64,000 bases of DNA from Hemiscyllium ocellatum (GCF_020745735.1 NC_083402.1:7316001-7380000); one strand, 5' to 3'; shown: positions 13,042-26,262, counted from the first letter of the stretch. The notes: generated from the sequence alone by a model not told the origin. Numbers and translations are program-made.

Positions 13042-14253
13042 CTGTAAAACAGCAAGAACAGAGTTGGTCAGTAAGGTCTCAATGTTGCTGCAGTGAAACT
13101 TGCAGCAGGGTTACAGAGCATGAGGTCAAACATACAAATAATATGTTCCTTGATGGAGCAATCCAGTTCGTCCCTCTCCCCTGCCGTTTCCCACAGACCT
13201 GTAATTTGCTCACCTTTAAATACTTACCCAATTATCTCCTTAAAGTTCCTGTTGAATCTGTTTCCACTGCCCTTTCAGCCAGTGCATTCCAGATCAGTGA
13301 AATTTCTGAAGGAGGCAGTTGCATAATTCTGTGACACAGAATACAAGGTTAAATCAATATTTTAACTCATTCCATTTAGTAGTTTTTGGATTTGGTGATG
13401 ACTCATCGACACGGTGATACCTGTTATTGAATACTAATGTATCATCCACCCCTGTTCTGTGCCCTATATGCAGGCCAGGCCAAGTAAGGATAGCAGATTT
13501 CATTCCTGAAAGGGCATGAATGAAGCAGATGGACTTTTTCAACTCTCAGCAAAGGTCACATGCAGCCATTAGATTAGCCTTTCATTTAACTTTCAGATAT
13601 TTAAAATTTCATTCATGTTCCACCTTCTGCTGTGATGGGATTGGAACCCATAGCCCAAGACTTGAGTGTCCGGATTATTCACTCAGTGAAGGCAGCAGTA
13701 TATCACTACCTCCCTTTGTCACCCATGCGCAAATTCAGGGCCAGGATAGATCCCATGTGGCTGTGATGCCTTACAGTCAGATGGACACTGGGAAAATGTC
13801 CTTGCACTGATGGAACTATTCCTGAGGAAGCTGTGAACACTTTCGTTATAACCAAGAGGGACACATTAGACTGCAGCACCTTACTGCTCGAGGAGATGAC
13901 CTCAATGTCAGTATAACTGTGGGTCATTTGGAAATTGAACTGCATACTCTGAGTAAGTCAATGTCTTTCAATACTGACATGAGAATGCACCTCACAAGAT
14001 CAGCACATCAAATTACATTAAATATTTTTTAAAATCAAATTTCAACACAAAAACAAAATACTGGAATTTCAAAATGAAAATCAAAGTGCTGCTAACACTC
14101 AGCAGGTAGACAACACCTGTGGAGAGAAACAGGATTAATGTTTTAGTTGGATGACTGTTCACAAAAAAATTTAATCATAAAAAGTTTACAGAATCTGTTA
14201 CACTCTCATAGTGCATCCTCGACAGACTGAAGAATGTGTAAATGGTTTGTTAC

Positions 14254-14600
14254 CATGTACCTGTAGCCGAGTCTCTTTCTGGATCAGGTGCAGAGTATCA
14301 TGTTCTGACCTGTATTCCACCAGACACAGGTAAGAGTGATTTTCCCTCACTCTCAGCTGGTTTATCCTAGTCGAGGCGTTTCCCTCCTCTGGGTTCCCGA
14401 TGAGCTTGTACCGATTTCCACCGTGTCCAGTTGTCCAAGTTCCCTGTGATTGGGCTGTAAATGTAACGATGTGTTGGTCGGGCTCCTTCTTCGTACAGGT
14501 TATAGTGGTCAGGGTGTGGGAGTCCCAGTCTTGAAGATACAAGGTAAAGTAACTGAATCTCCCTCTGTCCCATTCTCCACTAAGACATTTCCATGAGCAG
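14254..14600 (-). pseudogene. V-set Ig domain exon, copy A (Siglec-15/PILR-like fold)
   Basis: Acceptor CCTCAG and donor G|GTAACA; GTEGDSVTLPCIF...RYKLIGNPEEGNASTRINQL...YLCLVEY...TRLQVH. Length 347 nt (one -1 frameshift near 14510); the C-strand Trp codon reads TGT. Confidence 0.85.
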
Positions 14601-14704
14601 CTGAGGATAGGACAAACATCAGAATGGATGAGGTCAGTGTCCACAAGTTCTAAATTAAATTTGTTAGATTTCTTTCGACTTCACTATAAAATGATAATAG
14701 TTCC

Positions 14705-15292
14705 TGTCAGTATGCTTCTCCTTTAACAAGGTTATGTTGCCCTTGGTTATTTTTTGAGAGGGATCATAAAGGTCTGATGTGATACTTGAAAAGGCCTTTA
14801 AGCTTTTTTATAAAAGCGCTTGTAAAATGAAAGGGGAGTGGCCAGTTCTCCCAGCTCAGGTTTTAGCAAGCAGTCTGTTTAAAAGTGCTGCTGAAAGAAT
14901 GCAGCAGGGGGGATATTTTCCGGATTCAACTGAGGTTTTCTGGCTGACTCTCTCGCTCTGACATCACTCCTGTAAGAACCTGGGTTTGATTTTACCTTTT
15001 TTGCCAAGGGAGTGTTTATGGGAATGTTGCAGATATTGGAAACCACATCATTAAGTTGCAAAAGAGTCAAGTAGATTTTCAGATCGGTTAAGTTATTTTA
15101 AATTCAGTTCTCTTTTGTTCTTATTTCATTCAGTAGTCTAAAAATAAATTCTGTTTCATTTAAAACTGAATAGTTGGGCCGGCTGCATCTCTCCTGGAAT
15201 ATCCACTCTGCAGCTGCTTAAAACAATGAGAAAAGTTAGGGCCTGGGCTACTTTCCTGACATGTTTTGTGTGGGTTTGGCCTGGTCCATAAC
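14705..15292 (+). mobile_element. Solo LTR, absent from the paralogous block B
   Basis: TGT...ACA termini, AATAAA near 15143, imperfect 4-bp flanks (TTCC/TCCC). Same family as 36631-37246 and 50920-51292. Confidence 0.8.
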
Positions 15293-15689
15293 ATCCCCTC
15301 ATGTCTCTCACAGATCCAGACATTCCCCAACAAGAATCACTCTGATCAAAATGTATCCCCACCTGTCAATTTAAGAACCTTGATCATAGATACTTATAAA
15401 TCCATTCAACCCTTTCGAATACATTAATGCAGAACCTTCTCTCTGTTACTCAATATTCTAAAATAAGGTCAAGATTTTTATTGACTTTCCCCATCACTCT
15501 CTCCAGCAATCACATTGGAAGTATTGCCACACTCTGTGTGAAGGAGGACCCCCCCCCCCCAAATATCATTCCGAATGCGGCCATTCTCGAGTTCCAATCT
15601 GTAAGCTTTAGTATGATGATAGATAAATTTAAAGGCATATTCCAAATTATTTCTTATGTCAGTGATGAGTAAGTTGATTGAGCTTTTTG

Positions 15690-18065
15690 AAAACAGACCA
15701 AGAAGACAGAAAAAGGTAGAGTCTACATTGACTTTAGCAAGGCCTTTGACAAGGTTCCACATGGTAGACTGGTTTCCAAGGTTGGATCACATCGGTTCCA
15801 GGGGATGAGCTAATTGAATTGACTTGATGATAGGACAAAGAAGATGGTAGTAGAGGATTGCTTCTCAGACTAAAGTCCTTTGACCAGCAGTGAGCCGCAA
15901 GTATCAGTGCTGAGCCCACTGTTGTTCATCATTTATATGAATGATCCTGGTGAGAATCTTTGTTGGTGACGCCCTATCAGGGAAAGCTAGAGCAGCCAGC
16001 TTTCTGGCACTGAGTCTGGCTCTGGGGCTCAGAAGGGAATGGGAAAGAATAGGAGAGTGACAGTGATTGGAGATTCAATCGTGAGAGGAACAGACTGGAG
16101 ATTCAGTGGTCCCGAGTGAGACTCCCAGATGGTATGATGCCTCCTGGGTGCCAGGGTCAGGGATGTCTCAGATCAAGTCTACAAAATTGTTAGGGAGGAG
16201 ACGGAGCAGCCAGAAGTTGTGGTACACATCGTTACAAATGACACAGGTAGGGACAGGGAGGAGGACCTGAAAAGAAAATACAAGAAGTTAGGTTGGAAGC
16301 TAGAAGGCAAGATGAATAGAGTACTAATCTCAGGGTTGCTACTGGTGCCATAGGCTAGTGAGGCTATGAACAGAGAGCTAGTGCAGATGAAAACAGGGCT
16401 GGTGTAGGAGGGAGGGCTTCAGATATGTGGATCACTGGGATACCTTCTGGAGAAGATGGGCCCTGTACAAGAAGGATGGGTTGCACCTGAATTGGAGGTG
16501 CACCGATATCCCGAGTGGGAGATTTTGGAAAGGTACAGTGCTAATAGAATTGTTGTCATGGGTGACTTTAACTTTCCTAATATTGAACCTTCCTAGTTCA
16601 AATAGTTTAGATGGAGCAGTTTTTGTTAGGTGTGTCCAGAAAAGGTAGAAAATATGTAGATAGGCCAACAAGAGGGGAGACCATATTGGGTTTGGGGCTT
16701 GGCAACGAACAATGCCATGTGTCAGATCTCACGCTGGGAGAATATTTTGATAATTGTGATCACAACTCCCTGACCTTTACACAAGAACAGGCAGAGGAGC
16801 AGACAGTATGGGCAAGTATTTAAATGGGGGAGGGAGAATTACAATGCTATTAGGCAGGAATTGGGGCACCTAAATTGGGAACAGATGTTCTCAGGGAAAT
16901 GCATGACAGAAATATGAAGGTTGTTTAGGAAGCACTTGCTGATAGTGCTGGTCAGGTTTGTCCCACTGAGGCAAGAAAGGGATGGTAGGTTGAAAAAAAC
17001 CTTGGGTGAAGGTTGGTGAAGTTGTGGAGGGTGTGGAGGGCTGTTATGGGTTGCACGGAAACGTTGACAGGATACAGAACTGAGCTGATAAGTAGCAGAT
17101 GGAGTTCAACTTGAAAAAGTGTGAAGTGATTCACTTTGGAATGTTGAATTTGAATGCAGAATACAAGGTAGAAGGCTGGATTCTTGTCATTGTGGAGAAA
17201 CAGGGGGATCGTGGATTCCATGTCCATAGATACCTCAGAGTTGCCACCCACAGTGATAGGGTTATCAAGAAGGCGTATTGTGTGTTGGCTTTCAATAATG
17301 GGGGATTGAGTTTAAGAGGTCATGGTGCAACTCTATAGAGCCCTGGTTAGACCACACTTGGAATCTTGTGTTCAGTTCTGGTGGTCTCAGCATAGGACAG
17401 ATGTGGAAGCTTTAAAGAGGGTACAGAGGAGGTTTACTAGGATGCTGCCTGGACTGGAGGGCATTGTTTTATAAAGAAAAGTTGAGGAGGTGAGGGCTTT
17501 TCTCATTGGAGTGAAGAAGGATGAGAGGGCACTTGATAGAGGTGTACAAGATGATGAGAGGCATAGATAGAGTGGATATCCAGAGACTTTTTCCCATGGT
17601 AGAAATATCAACATGAAGGGATATAATTTTAAGGTAATTGAAAGAAGGTATAGGGGAGATGTCAGATATCAGCATCCAAGGAGCAAGAGAATCAATGTTT
17701 CGGGCATAAGCCCTTCATCAGGAAGTGCTTATGCCCGAAATGTCAATTCTCCTGCTCCTTGGGTGCTGCCTGACCTGCTGTGCTTTTCCAGCACCACATT
17801 CTCGACTCTGAAGTGGTGTGTCAGGTAGACAGGGTGGTGAAAAGAGCATTTGGCATACTTGTCCTTATCGGTCAGAGCATTAGGTACAGAAATTGGGATT
17901 TCATATTATGGCAACACAAGTTATTGGTCAGGCCACGTGTCAATTACTGCTTACAATTCATGTCGCCCTGTTATTAAACTGGAAAGAATGCAAAAAAAAA
18001 AGAGTTACAAAGCTGTTACTGAGACTGTAAGGTTTGAGTTATAAGGACAGGTTGGACAGACTGGA
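15690..18065 (+). mobile_element. Mosaic of CR1 fragments (RT piece, ORF1 esterase, endonuclease, 3' RT)
   Basis: DFSKAFDKVPH, VIGDSIVRG, GDFNFPNI, MEFNLKKCEVIHFG and related motifs in broken frames. Confidence 0.8.
17668..17812. mobile_element. PLE hairpin nested in CR1
   Basis: Inverted arms around CCCTTCATCAGGAAGTGCTTATGCCCGAAA. Confidence 0.75.
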
Positions 18066-18629
18066 CTTCAGGATAGATTGGACTAGCCTTTATTGTTATA
18101 TATACTTGATGTGTAAAGTGAAATGTTTAAGCATCGTCATTACAGAGCCAACTTAGATACCGAGGCACAGCTTCTATTGTGACAAGATTTATCAGAGAAA
18201 TAAAATGTCCTGTTTTACAGGAAAGAGTACAGTACAGCAGACCATGCTGGCAATTAGCTTCCAGTCTGCACTGGCTCCACACTGTGCCAGCAGCATGCTA
18301 CTCCAGGAAACTGCCATGGGAGGCCACAGTGCCAGGCTGGGAGGAGTCCACGCCATGCCAGGGGGCTGCTGTGCCAACTGGGAGTTGTTACTTGCTGAAG
18401 GCTGAATCATTGCTGGAGGTGGGAATTGACGCTCACCAGAGGTCAGGAATTGTCACCAACTGTCGGGGTACATCACTTGCCATAGGATGGGCCCGAAAGC
18501 TGGTAGTCATCGTCAAAGACCGACAGTCAAAGGGAAGAAAAGTGGAAGGAGGAAAAGAAGAAGAAAAAATACTTGGAGGAAGAAAAAGAGAAGAGAAAGG
18601 AGAAAAGAAGGAGAGCTTATAAAATTATA

Positions 18630-18960
18630 ACAGGTTCAGAGAAGGTGAATAGATAAGGTCTTTTCCTCAAAATGGGGGACTCCAAAACAAGAGGGCATAA
18701 GTTTAAGGTGAGAAGGAAAATATTTAAAAGGAACCAAAGGGTAACTTTCTCACACAGAGGGTGGTGCGTTTATGAAATAAGCTGCTAGAGGAAGTGGCAG
18801 AGGTGGGTATAATTACATTTAAAAGTTGTTTGGACAGGTACATGAAGAGGAAAGTTTAGAGAGATATGTCCCAAACACAAGAGGAAGGGACGAGTTCAGT
18901 TCAGGAAATCTGGTCAGCATGGGTGAGTAGGGCCGAAGAGTCTGCTTCTGTGCTGTGTAC
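18630..18960 (+). mobile_element. CR1 3' end
   Basis: Typical 3' ORF2 end and tail (GGCCGAAGAGTCTGCTTCTGTGCTGT). Confidence 0.7.
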
Positions 18961-19449
18961 CTACACACTAATTAGTTTTTAGGTGGAGGTGGAGGGGGAA
19001 AATCAGCCCTGTGGCTCTTCACTGCTTGAACTTTAAAGATGAGCTGAGAGATTGAATGTTTCCTAATCTGCACTTTAAATGGGGAACCCTTTATTTTGAA
19101 GCTGTTCCCTGTTTGAGTTCTATTCATAAGAGCAAATATTTTCTTCGAATCTACCTTTCAAAGCCTCTTCTGAACCTTCTTTGTTTCATATTTTCTCCTC
19201 AAGTTATTTTTCATTCATTCATTGGTGTCACTGGCTCAGATCATGTGCATTTATTGTTTAACCTGACTGACCAGGAGCAGCTATCCTTTGGAACTGCTGC
19301 CATCCTGAGGTGCAGGGGTTACCTCCAGTAATTTTATGGATGGAGTTTAAGGAGTTTTACCCAGCAACACTGAAGGAATGGCAATATGGTAAGAATGAAA
19401 CCAGACTACTCTGCATTGACCAAGGCACCAAAACCTACCAGAGCAGATA

Positions 19450-20700
19450 CAGTCTTGTCAACCCTGCAAAGTCCTCCTCATTAACATCTAGAAGCTAGTG
19501 CAAATATTGGAAGAGCTGTCTCACAGACTGCTCACCTAACAGCCTCACATCATCAAACCTATGGAATAATCATTTGCAATGTCTCAGATGCCACTATCAC
19601 CATCCCTGGATATGTCCTGTCCAACCAGCAGGTCAGACCCAGCAGAGGTGGAGGCACAGTGGCATACAGTCGGCAGGGAGAGGGAGTTGAAATCCCCAAC
19701 GTGAACTCCCCAACTTAAAGATAACATTGTAAGCGCATTCAACCACAATCTGTAACCTCACAATCCAGGTTAACCCACACATCACCATTCCCATCAGGCT
19801 GGGAGATCAATGAAAAGTAACAGTGAGCAATACCATGCAAATCAAAAAATATGATGCCAACACATTAAATGTACAACCTTCAGGAGTACTTGCTTGTCAA
19901 GCAGCAGAAACAACACACAATAGAACCATTCCATGAATAATGAATCACATGGCTCTGCAGTCTTGCTACATCCAATGCTGGTGCAGCAAGTAAACAACTC
20001 ACTGAAGCAACGGAGATTATACATATATCCCCTCAATAACAGGAGAGACCAACACACCAATGAAAAAGATAAGGCTGAAGCATTCACCAAAATCTTCAGC
20101 CAGAAGTGCCAAGTAGAGGATTAACCTCGAATCCTCCAGAGGCTTCCAGCATCACAGATACTAGTCTTCAGCCAATTCCATTCACTGCACGTTATCTCAA
20201 GAAACTGCGAGAAGCACTGGATACTGTGAAGGCTGTGGGCCCTAGCAATAATACTGAAGACTTGAGTTCCAGAACTTGTTGGACTAAGCTGTTCCAGTAC
20301 AGTTCCAACATTGACATTCACCCAGCAAAGTAGAAAGTTGCCTGGGTATATGCTGTTTAGACAAGGCAAGTGAACGAGTCTAAATGAACCAGTGACTGCT
20401 CTCTTGGTCTACTCTCAATCATCAGGAAAGTGATGCAAGGTGTGTATGATTGCCATTAACATCAAAATCATGTTTGAAAGTGGTGTGGCATCAAGTAGCC
20501 TGAGCAAAATTGAAGCCAATGGGAATCAGGGGTCAAACCTCCAATGGTTTGAGCCATACCTGGCACATAGGAAGATGGTTGTGGTTGTTGGAGGTAAGTC
20601 ACATCAGCTTCAGCACACCTTGGCAGGAGTTGTTCAGGATAGTGTCCTAGGCCCAACATCTTCAACTGCTTGATGAACCTCCATCCACCATAAGGTCAGG
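19450..20700 (+). mobile_element. Old LINE (CR1/L2-group) endonuclease-RT fragments
   Basis: KDKAEAF, DTVKAVGP, LFQYS and SVLGPT-like remnants; the same rearranged copy recurs in block B. Confidence 0.6.
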
Positions 20701-21589
20701 AGTGGGGATGAATGTTCGCTGATCAACATGGGATTCAGGAGAACATCACCATCTACAAGCTTCCCTCCAAGACACTCACCATTCTTATTTGGGAATATTT
20801 CATCATCCCTTCAGTGTCACTAGGACAAAGTCCTGGAACTCCTTTGCCAATCACCTTATGAGTGTCCCTGCAGCTGAGGGAATGCAGCAGTTCTAGAAGG
20901 CAGCTCACCGTTCCCTTCTCCAGGACAATTAAAGATGGCAAATAAAGGCTGACTGAGCATATGATGCTCACATCCACTTGAGCAAATACAAGATAAGTAT
21001 AGTTGCAGGTTACGTTGGTCTGTACCTGCTGCCATTTTTCACTGAGGTCATAGAAATTACTAGTTTGGAGCATGATGGTGGAGTAAGTGTTGGTCCATTA
21101 TTGCAGTGTACTTTGTAATTTTATTTTTATTCCCGCAACGGTGTTAAGGTGGGAATTCCAGTGACACTGAACTGGTTAAGAGGGGAACTTGTAGATGGTT
21201 GTGTTTCTATTGGATCTGCTGTCCTTGTCCTTTGAAACTGTAATGATTCTGGGTTCACTGAGTGCAGTCTGTAGAGATTTGGTAACTTGCTACTGGGCAT
21301 TTAGCTGCTGGTGCACATTGCTACTCCTGAGCATCGGTGGTGAACAGAGTGGATGTGGATGTGGTACTGACCAGGCAGCAATGTTGTCCCAGATGGTGTC
21401 AAGCGTCTTGAATGTTGTTGGAGCTGCACTCATCCAATCAATGGGGAGTATTCCATTACGCTCATAACTGGTCAATACACTTCCGAGTCAAGAGGTATGT
21501 TAATTCACAGGACTCTTAGCCTGTCCCCTGCTCTTGGAGTTTCATTTGCACTCCTGGGTTCACTCCTGGTCCATAACTGAGTGAGCCAT

Positions 21590-23420
21590 TCAGAAACCAA
21601 TTAAGAGCTAAGCACATTACTGTGGGTCTGGAGTCACATGTGGGTCAGACCAAATAAGGATGGCAGTGTATCCAGAAAATTTAAAACCATGACAGACTCT
21701 TCCAGTAGCAGTACCACCACTGATGTATCTGCCAGCATGAGGTGGCTCAATGCATCCACATTTACTACTTGGCCTCCCAGACTGTGTTCCAACTTGTAAT
21801 TATACACACTTAGCATTAGGGCCCGCCACTGAATTTGGCCTGAATATGTGGGAAGCACTGCCCTGTCCTCTTTAAAAAGACCTAGCAGGGGTTTGTGTTC
21901 CACTAGTATTCCAAATTTATGTTCATAAAGATATTGGCAGAACGTCGTGACTCCAGATATGACTATCAAATGTACCTTCCCTATCTGGACATATTTATAT
22001 TCTGCATCAGCCAAAATCCTGAATGTGTACGCAATTGAGCATTCCTCTCCACTGGGCCACCTATGAGCACATACTATTTTGATCTTGTACTGGGAGGCAT
22101 TGCATGTCAATACCAAGTTTTACTTGGGATCACAGTGTGCCAACACCTTAGAGAATGATAGCTGTTTCTTCACTTCCATATAGGCTATGGCTTGGCTATG
22201 TGACCATTTCCCAGACTGATTCTTTTTAAGGAGTTGGTACAAAGGTGCCAGGATGGAGGCCAGGTTACGTATGAACTTTCCGTAATAGATCACCAGCCCC
22301 TGGAAATACCTAAACTCTGGTACTGCTGTGGGAGTAGGGACATCTTTGCCTGCCCCCCCCCCCCCTTAATCTTCCAATGGGTGTTACCTGGTCTTATCAT
22401 CTCTGTAATCTCAGTAGGTCACTTGAGGTGACTGGAAAACACATTCTTCCCTTCGAAGGCATATGTCCACCTGGGAGAAATGTCTAAGAAACCTGTCCAC
22501 ATCCTCTGAGTGCTCCTTGTTGGTCTTCCCACTCATTAGCACAACACCTAGCTCAGTGGCGACTAGGGATAGAGCTTCTAAAATGCTCTCCACTGTCCAC
22601 TGAAAAATTGCACAGGCTGACAATACCTGAAATGGCCGTCTCATGTATTGGTACAAACTCTATGGGTAGTAATCGCAGCACACTTTGGAGAATCATCATC
22701 TAACTGCAATTGCAAACACACATCGCTCATGCCCAGCTTCATGAAGGACACCGCACCCTGCCAACTTTGCATATCAATCACCAATTGGTATTTATCCAGC
22801 TTATAAAAATGTTTTACTGTTTGTTTAAAATCCCCACAAAGACGAACCGACCCATCAGATTTCACAATTGGTACGATTGATGCTGTCCATTCCAAAAACT
22901 GGACTGGTTTGGTGATTCCTTCCAGTCTTCTGATTTCTGCCTCTACTTTTGCCAAAGGTACTAGGCGTGCCTTGCAGAATGTGCAATTGCTTCCTGGTCA
23001 ACATGCAAGATAGTTTTGGCTCCTTTGGTAGTTCGTTGACCTTCCAAAAAATCTTCTGGGTATTTAATTAGGATTTCACTCAGGTAATCATGTTCGATTC
23101 AAAAATTCAAGGTGAATATTTCTCAACCAATTTTGCTCCATCAAGCTTGGGTACAAGTCTTTTACAACAAACAGTGATAACTGAACCAGCTACTTCTTTT
23201 AAGAGACTGTAGCTGAAGTTGTATCCTTAATTTGTAAAGGTTTCCTGGTATCGGTTCTCAGTCCAGCTGAGGTCTTGCGCAAACTTAAAGGTTGGAGTCT
23301 AGAGTGAATTTTGTCAAAGATTGGTTCTGTGATCACTGAAATGGCCATGCTGGTATCCACCTCCATTAAACTGGGTGGCCACTTAACTAGACTTTAATTT
23401 TGACTAGGCTGGTATCTCAT
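21590..23420 (-). mobile_element. Ty3/Gypsy pol remnant (protease, RT, RNase H in standard order)
   Basis: EVDTSMAIS protease; WTASIVPIVKSDGSVRLCGDFKQTV RT; CNASQY...SIAYT...EHKPLLGLF...VDALSHL RNase H. Confidence 0.85.
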
Positions 23421-23559
23421 CACCAAGTCACCTGTTATTTGCATGTGGAGAGTTCTTGGCATTGATCCAGCTCCCTCAGAGCCAGCTCTTAGAGTGCACA
23501 GAATGTCTAACACTCCTGTTCTTATCTGTCAGCCAGGGCTCCCTAATGGACCAGATTAA

Positions 23560-24600
23560 CCACCCTAAATAGAGAACCCATATTCTATAAGGTCTACCTA
23601 GCTGGCATTATTACAATCATAACACATTCCTCATACTCTTCAAGAGATGCACTTGATCCCAGTTGTCTCTATCTAATGTATGACACCTTATTATTTTTCA
23701 CCAGATCCTCAATATCTTTATTCATCTATTGTTCCCTACTCCAACCAACCTTACTCTTCATTCTAATGGAACATGATGCCTCTGACCTCTCATTGTCTCA
23801 TTTTTGAAACCTCCCACATGTCAGTCATCCCTTTACCCATGAACAGTTTACTTCAATCAATTTTGGAAGTTCCTGTCTCATGCCATCAAAATTTACCTGA
23901 CTCCAATGATTAATTTTCAATTTTATGCATTGCTTATCCTTTTCCATAACTTTTTTAAAACTAACAAATTATGATGACTGGTCCCAAAATGTTCCCCCAT
24001 TAACTCTTCACTTGTCTTACTTACCAAGAAAAGATCACGTTTTGGCATTGGCAGATTGATACAGAAAATTTTCTTGAACACATTTAACAATTTCCTCACT
24101 ATCCAAGCCCTGAACACTGTCCCAGTCTATGTTTGGAAAGTTAACATTCATTACTGTGATAACTTTAATGTTCTTACATGTATCTGTGATCTGTCTACAT
24201 ATTTGCTCCTTAATTTCCCTCTGATGGTTGGGGGGCATATAGAACAATCACATCTAGGTAATCAGTTCTGTGATTTATAAAATCATAAGGACCATACCCA
24301 AGGTGAATTCGAAAGATATTTTCCTTAGAGTGGGGGAGTCCAAAATTCAGGGCATATATTTAAGATGAGAAGAGAATGATTTAAAGGAGCTGAGGGACAA
24401 CCTTTTCACACAAAAGTGGTTCATATGTGAAATGAACTGTCAGAGGAAGAGCTGGATGCAGGTACAGTTATAATGTTTCAAAGAAATTTGGATAGGTACA
24501 TGAATAGAAATGGTTTCGAGGGATATGGGCCAAGCACATGTAAATGGGAATAGTTCAGTTTGGGAATTTTGGTTGATGTGGATGAGTTGAATAAGGTTCT
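23560..24600. mobile_element. CR1 fragments (minus-strand endonuclease region, then a plus-strand 3' piece)
   Basis: NVNFPNIDWD...CVQENFLYQ on the minus strand; CR1 3' sequence on the plus strand from about 24300. Confidence 0.65.
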
Positions 24601-25779
24601 GTAGTCTGGGTTTCAAATCCCACCACAGCAATCTGGAATCAATAGTTTCATGATGACAATGACCTCTTGGAAAGGAAATCTACCATCCTTACCTCTTCTG
24701 GTTCACTCCAGACTCACAGCAATATGGCTGACTCTGAACTATCCTCTAGGCAATTAGGGATGGACATTGAATGCTGGGTCAGCCAACGAAAACTTCATCC
24801 TGTGAATGAATGATAACAACAGAGTCCATGGATGGTAACATGACCAAACCCATACTGTGCTCAGGATTCAGTAATTTCAGATGATGAGAAATGACATTGA
24901 TTGATCCAGAAGTGAAAATGTTCAGAAGGACTGTGGAGAGGTTAGCCCAGCTTTCAATCACAAGTCCCAAAGCCAGATCATGCAGCAGAGACAAGGAAGA
25001 AACATGTCTTAGCAAAACGATAACAAAGCTAAATTAAAGTCTGTAAGAAACAGATTGAACAGACTCCAGCTCTTTGCTCCAGAACTGGGAAGGCTTACTG
25101 ATGGAGATGGTGAAAGTTATGAGGTGTTAGATAGGATCAACAAACAGGAAATGTGGAAGGCCCTGAAACCATGAACTGTAAATATAATAGTCAGCACCAA
25201 ATTATCAGGAGAAGCTTCTCCTGAGGGAGTGGTTAGAATGTGGGACCTGCTTGTATACCGAGTGGTTGACACAATGACCAATATTGTTATATATAAGGAG
25301 AAGCTTGATCAAATCTTGAAGGAGGAAGCAACAGGAGGAAATGCTGACAAAGTGAGCAAAAGAAGGGTGAGAGGATCTTGTGCAGAACATGATCACTGAC
25401 AAAAGCCAACACAATGGATGGTCTGATTCTGTAAATCTAAATTGCATGTTCCTTCATTTCAGAGTACTTATAGGCACTGCTGACATTTTCATTTACTCAT
25501 GGGATGGGATTTTGCAAGCAGGGCCAGCACTTCCTACCCATCCCTAATTACCCTTGAGAAGATGGTGGGAACCTGTCTCCTTGAAATGCTGCAGCTCATG
25601 GTGTTTGAACACTTGCTGATGTTTAATGATTTTTGTTTTATTTTATAAATCTTTGTTTGGAGCTGTGATCGAGGAACTGTGAACTGAAGATGACAGACAA
25701 CTTCTGATTTGGCTGTGTGCCCATGCCTGGAAGTTAATTGTAGGCTGATTCTCATTGACACAATTCCATAGACACTTAC

Positions 25780-25827
25780 ACACTAGGAGAGAACAATATA
25801 TTTAAACAGATACCAGAAGTTGCCCAT
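25780..25827 (-). pseudogene. Candidate leader (signal peptide) exon of receptor copy A: MGNFWYLFKYIVL(LLV)
   Basis: ATG followed by hydrophobic codons and a consensus GTAAGT donor. As written it has TAG at codon 15; adding 1 nt gives ...LLV and the phase-1 junction the V exon needs. The link to the V exon is inferred. Confidence 0.4.
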
Positions 25828-25861
25828 AAATGAGGTCATTCCCTGGGAATTAGTTCCAGCA

Positions 25862-26261
25862 ATACTTACCTGGCAGGGAAGATGACATAAAATCTTCAAG
25901 GAGAAAGTGAGGACTGCAGATGCTGGAGATCAGAGCTGAAAATGTGTTGCTGTAAAAGCGCAGCAGGTCAGGCAGCATCCAAAGAGCAGGGGAATCGACA
26001 TTTCGGGTATAAGCCTTCCTGAAGAAGGGCTTATGCCCGAAACGTCGATTCCTCTGCTCTTTGGATGCTGCCTGACCTGCTGCGCTTTTCCAGCAACACA
26101 TTTTCAGCTCAGGGAAGATGACATGATCAGTGCAGTGCCTCTCCCAGGACGAGGCTATTCCTTTGCACTTCGGGTGTGCTGACGCCTGCGATGTCCCCAA
26201 ATGCGGGATACACGACTGCAACATTTGTGGTAGTGGGAGACTGCGTTTGCGTTCTCCCCCG
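25862..26261 (+). pseudogene. RNU1: U1 snRNA variant copy, interrupted by a PLE and followed by poly(A)
   Basis: ATACTTACCTGGCAGGG 5' end, TTGCAC loop II, ATTTGTGG Sm site, stem-loop IV. Removing the insert and one TSD copy gives 164 nt, the canonical U1 length. Confidence 0.92.
25889..26110. mobile_element. PLE hairpin inserted in U1
   Basis: TSD AGGGAAGATGACAT at 25875-25888 and 26111-26124; inverted arms; hammerhead-like core at 26019-26046. Confidence 0.9.
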
Positions 26262-26262
26262 T

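Larger units (their letters stand above)
12260..20055 (+). repeat. Segmental duplication, block A (paralogous to 55722-61735)
   Basis: Colinear same-orientation similarity in several segments: 12260-14700 vs 55722-58230, 15295-15690 vs 58235-58590, 18975-19446 vs 58740-59205, 19450-20055 vs 60910-61735. Shared old LINE fragments; copy-specific insertions. Confidence 0.9.

Noticed and set aside
14254-14600. Rearranging antigen-receptor V segment (Ig, IgNAR or TCR)
   Set aside because: The exon includes the G strand and ends in a splice donor; no heptamer/nonamer RSS follows.
14198-14644. ORF-track 148-aa protein as an intact gene
   Set aside because: The ORF reads through intron sequence and its N-terminal part is out of frame with the true V-domain start.
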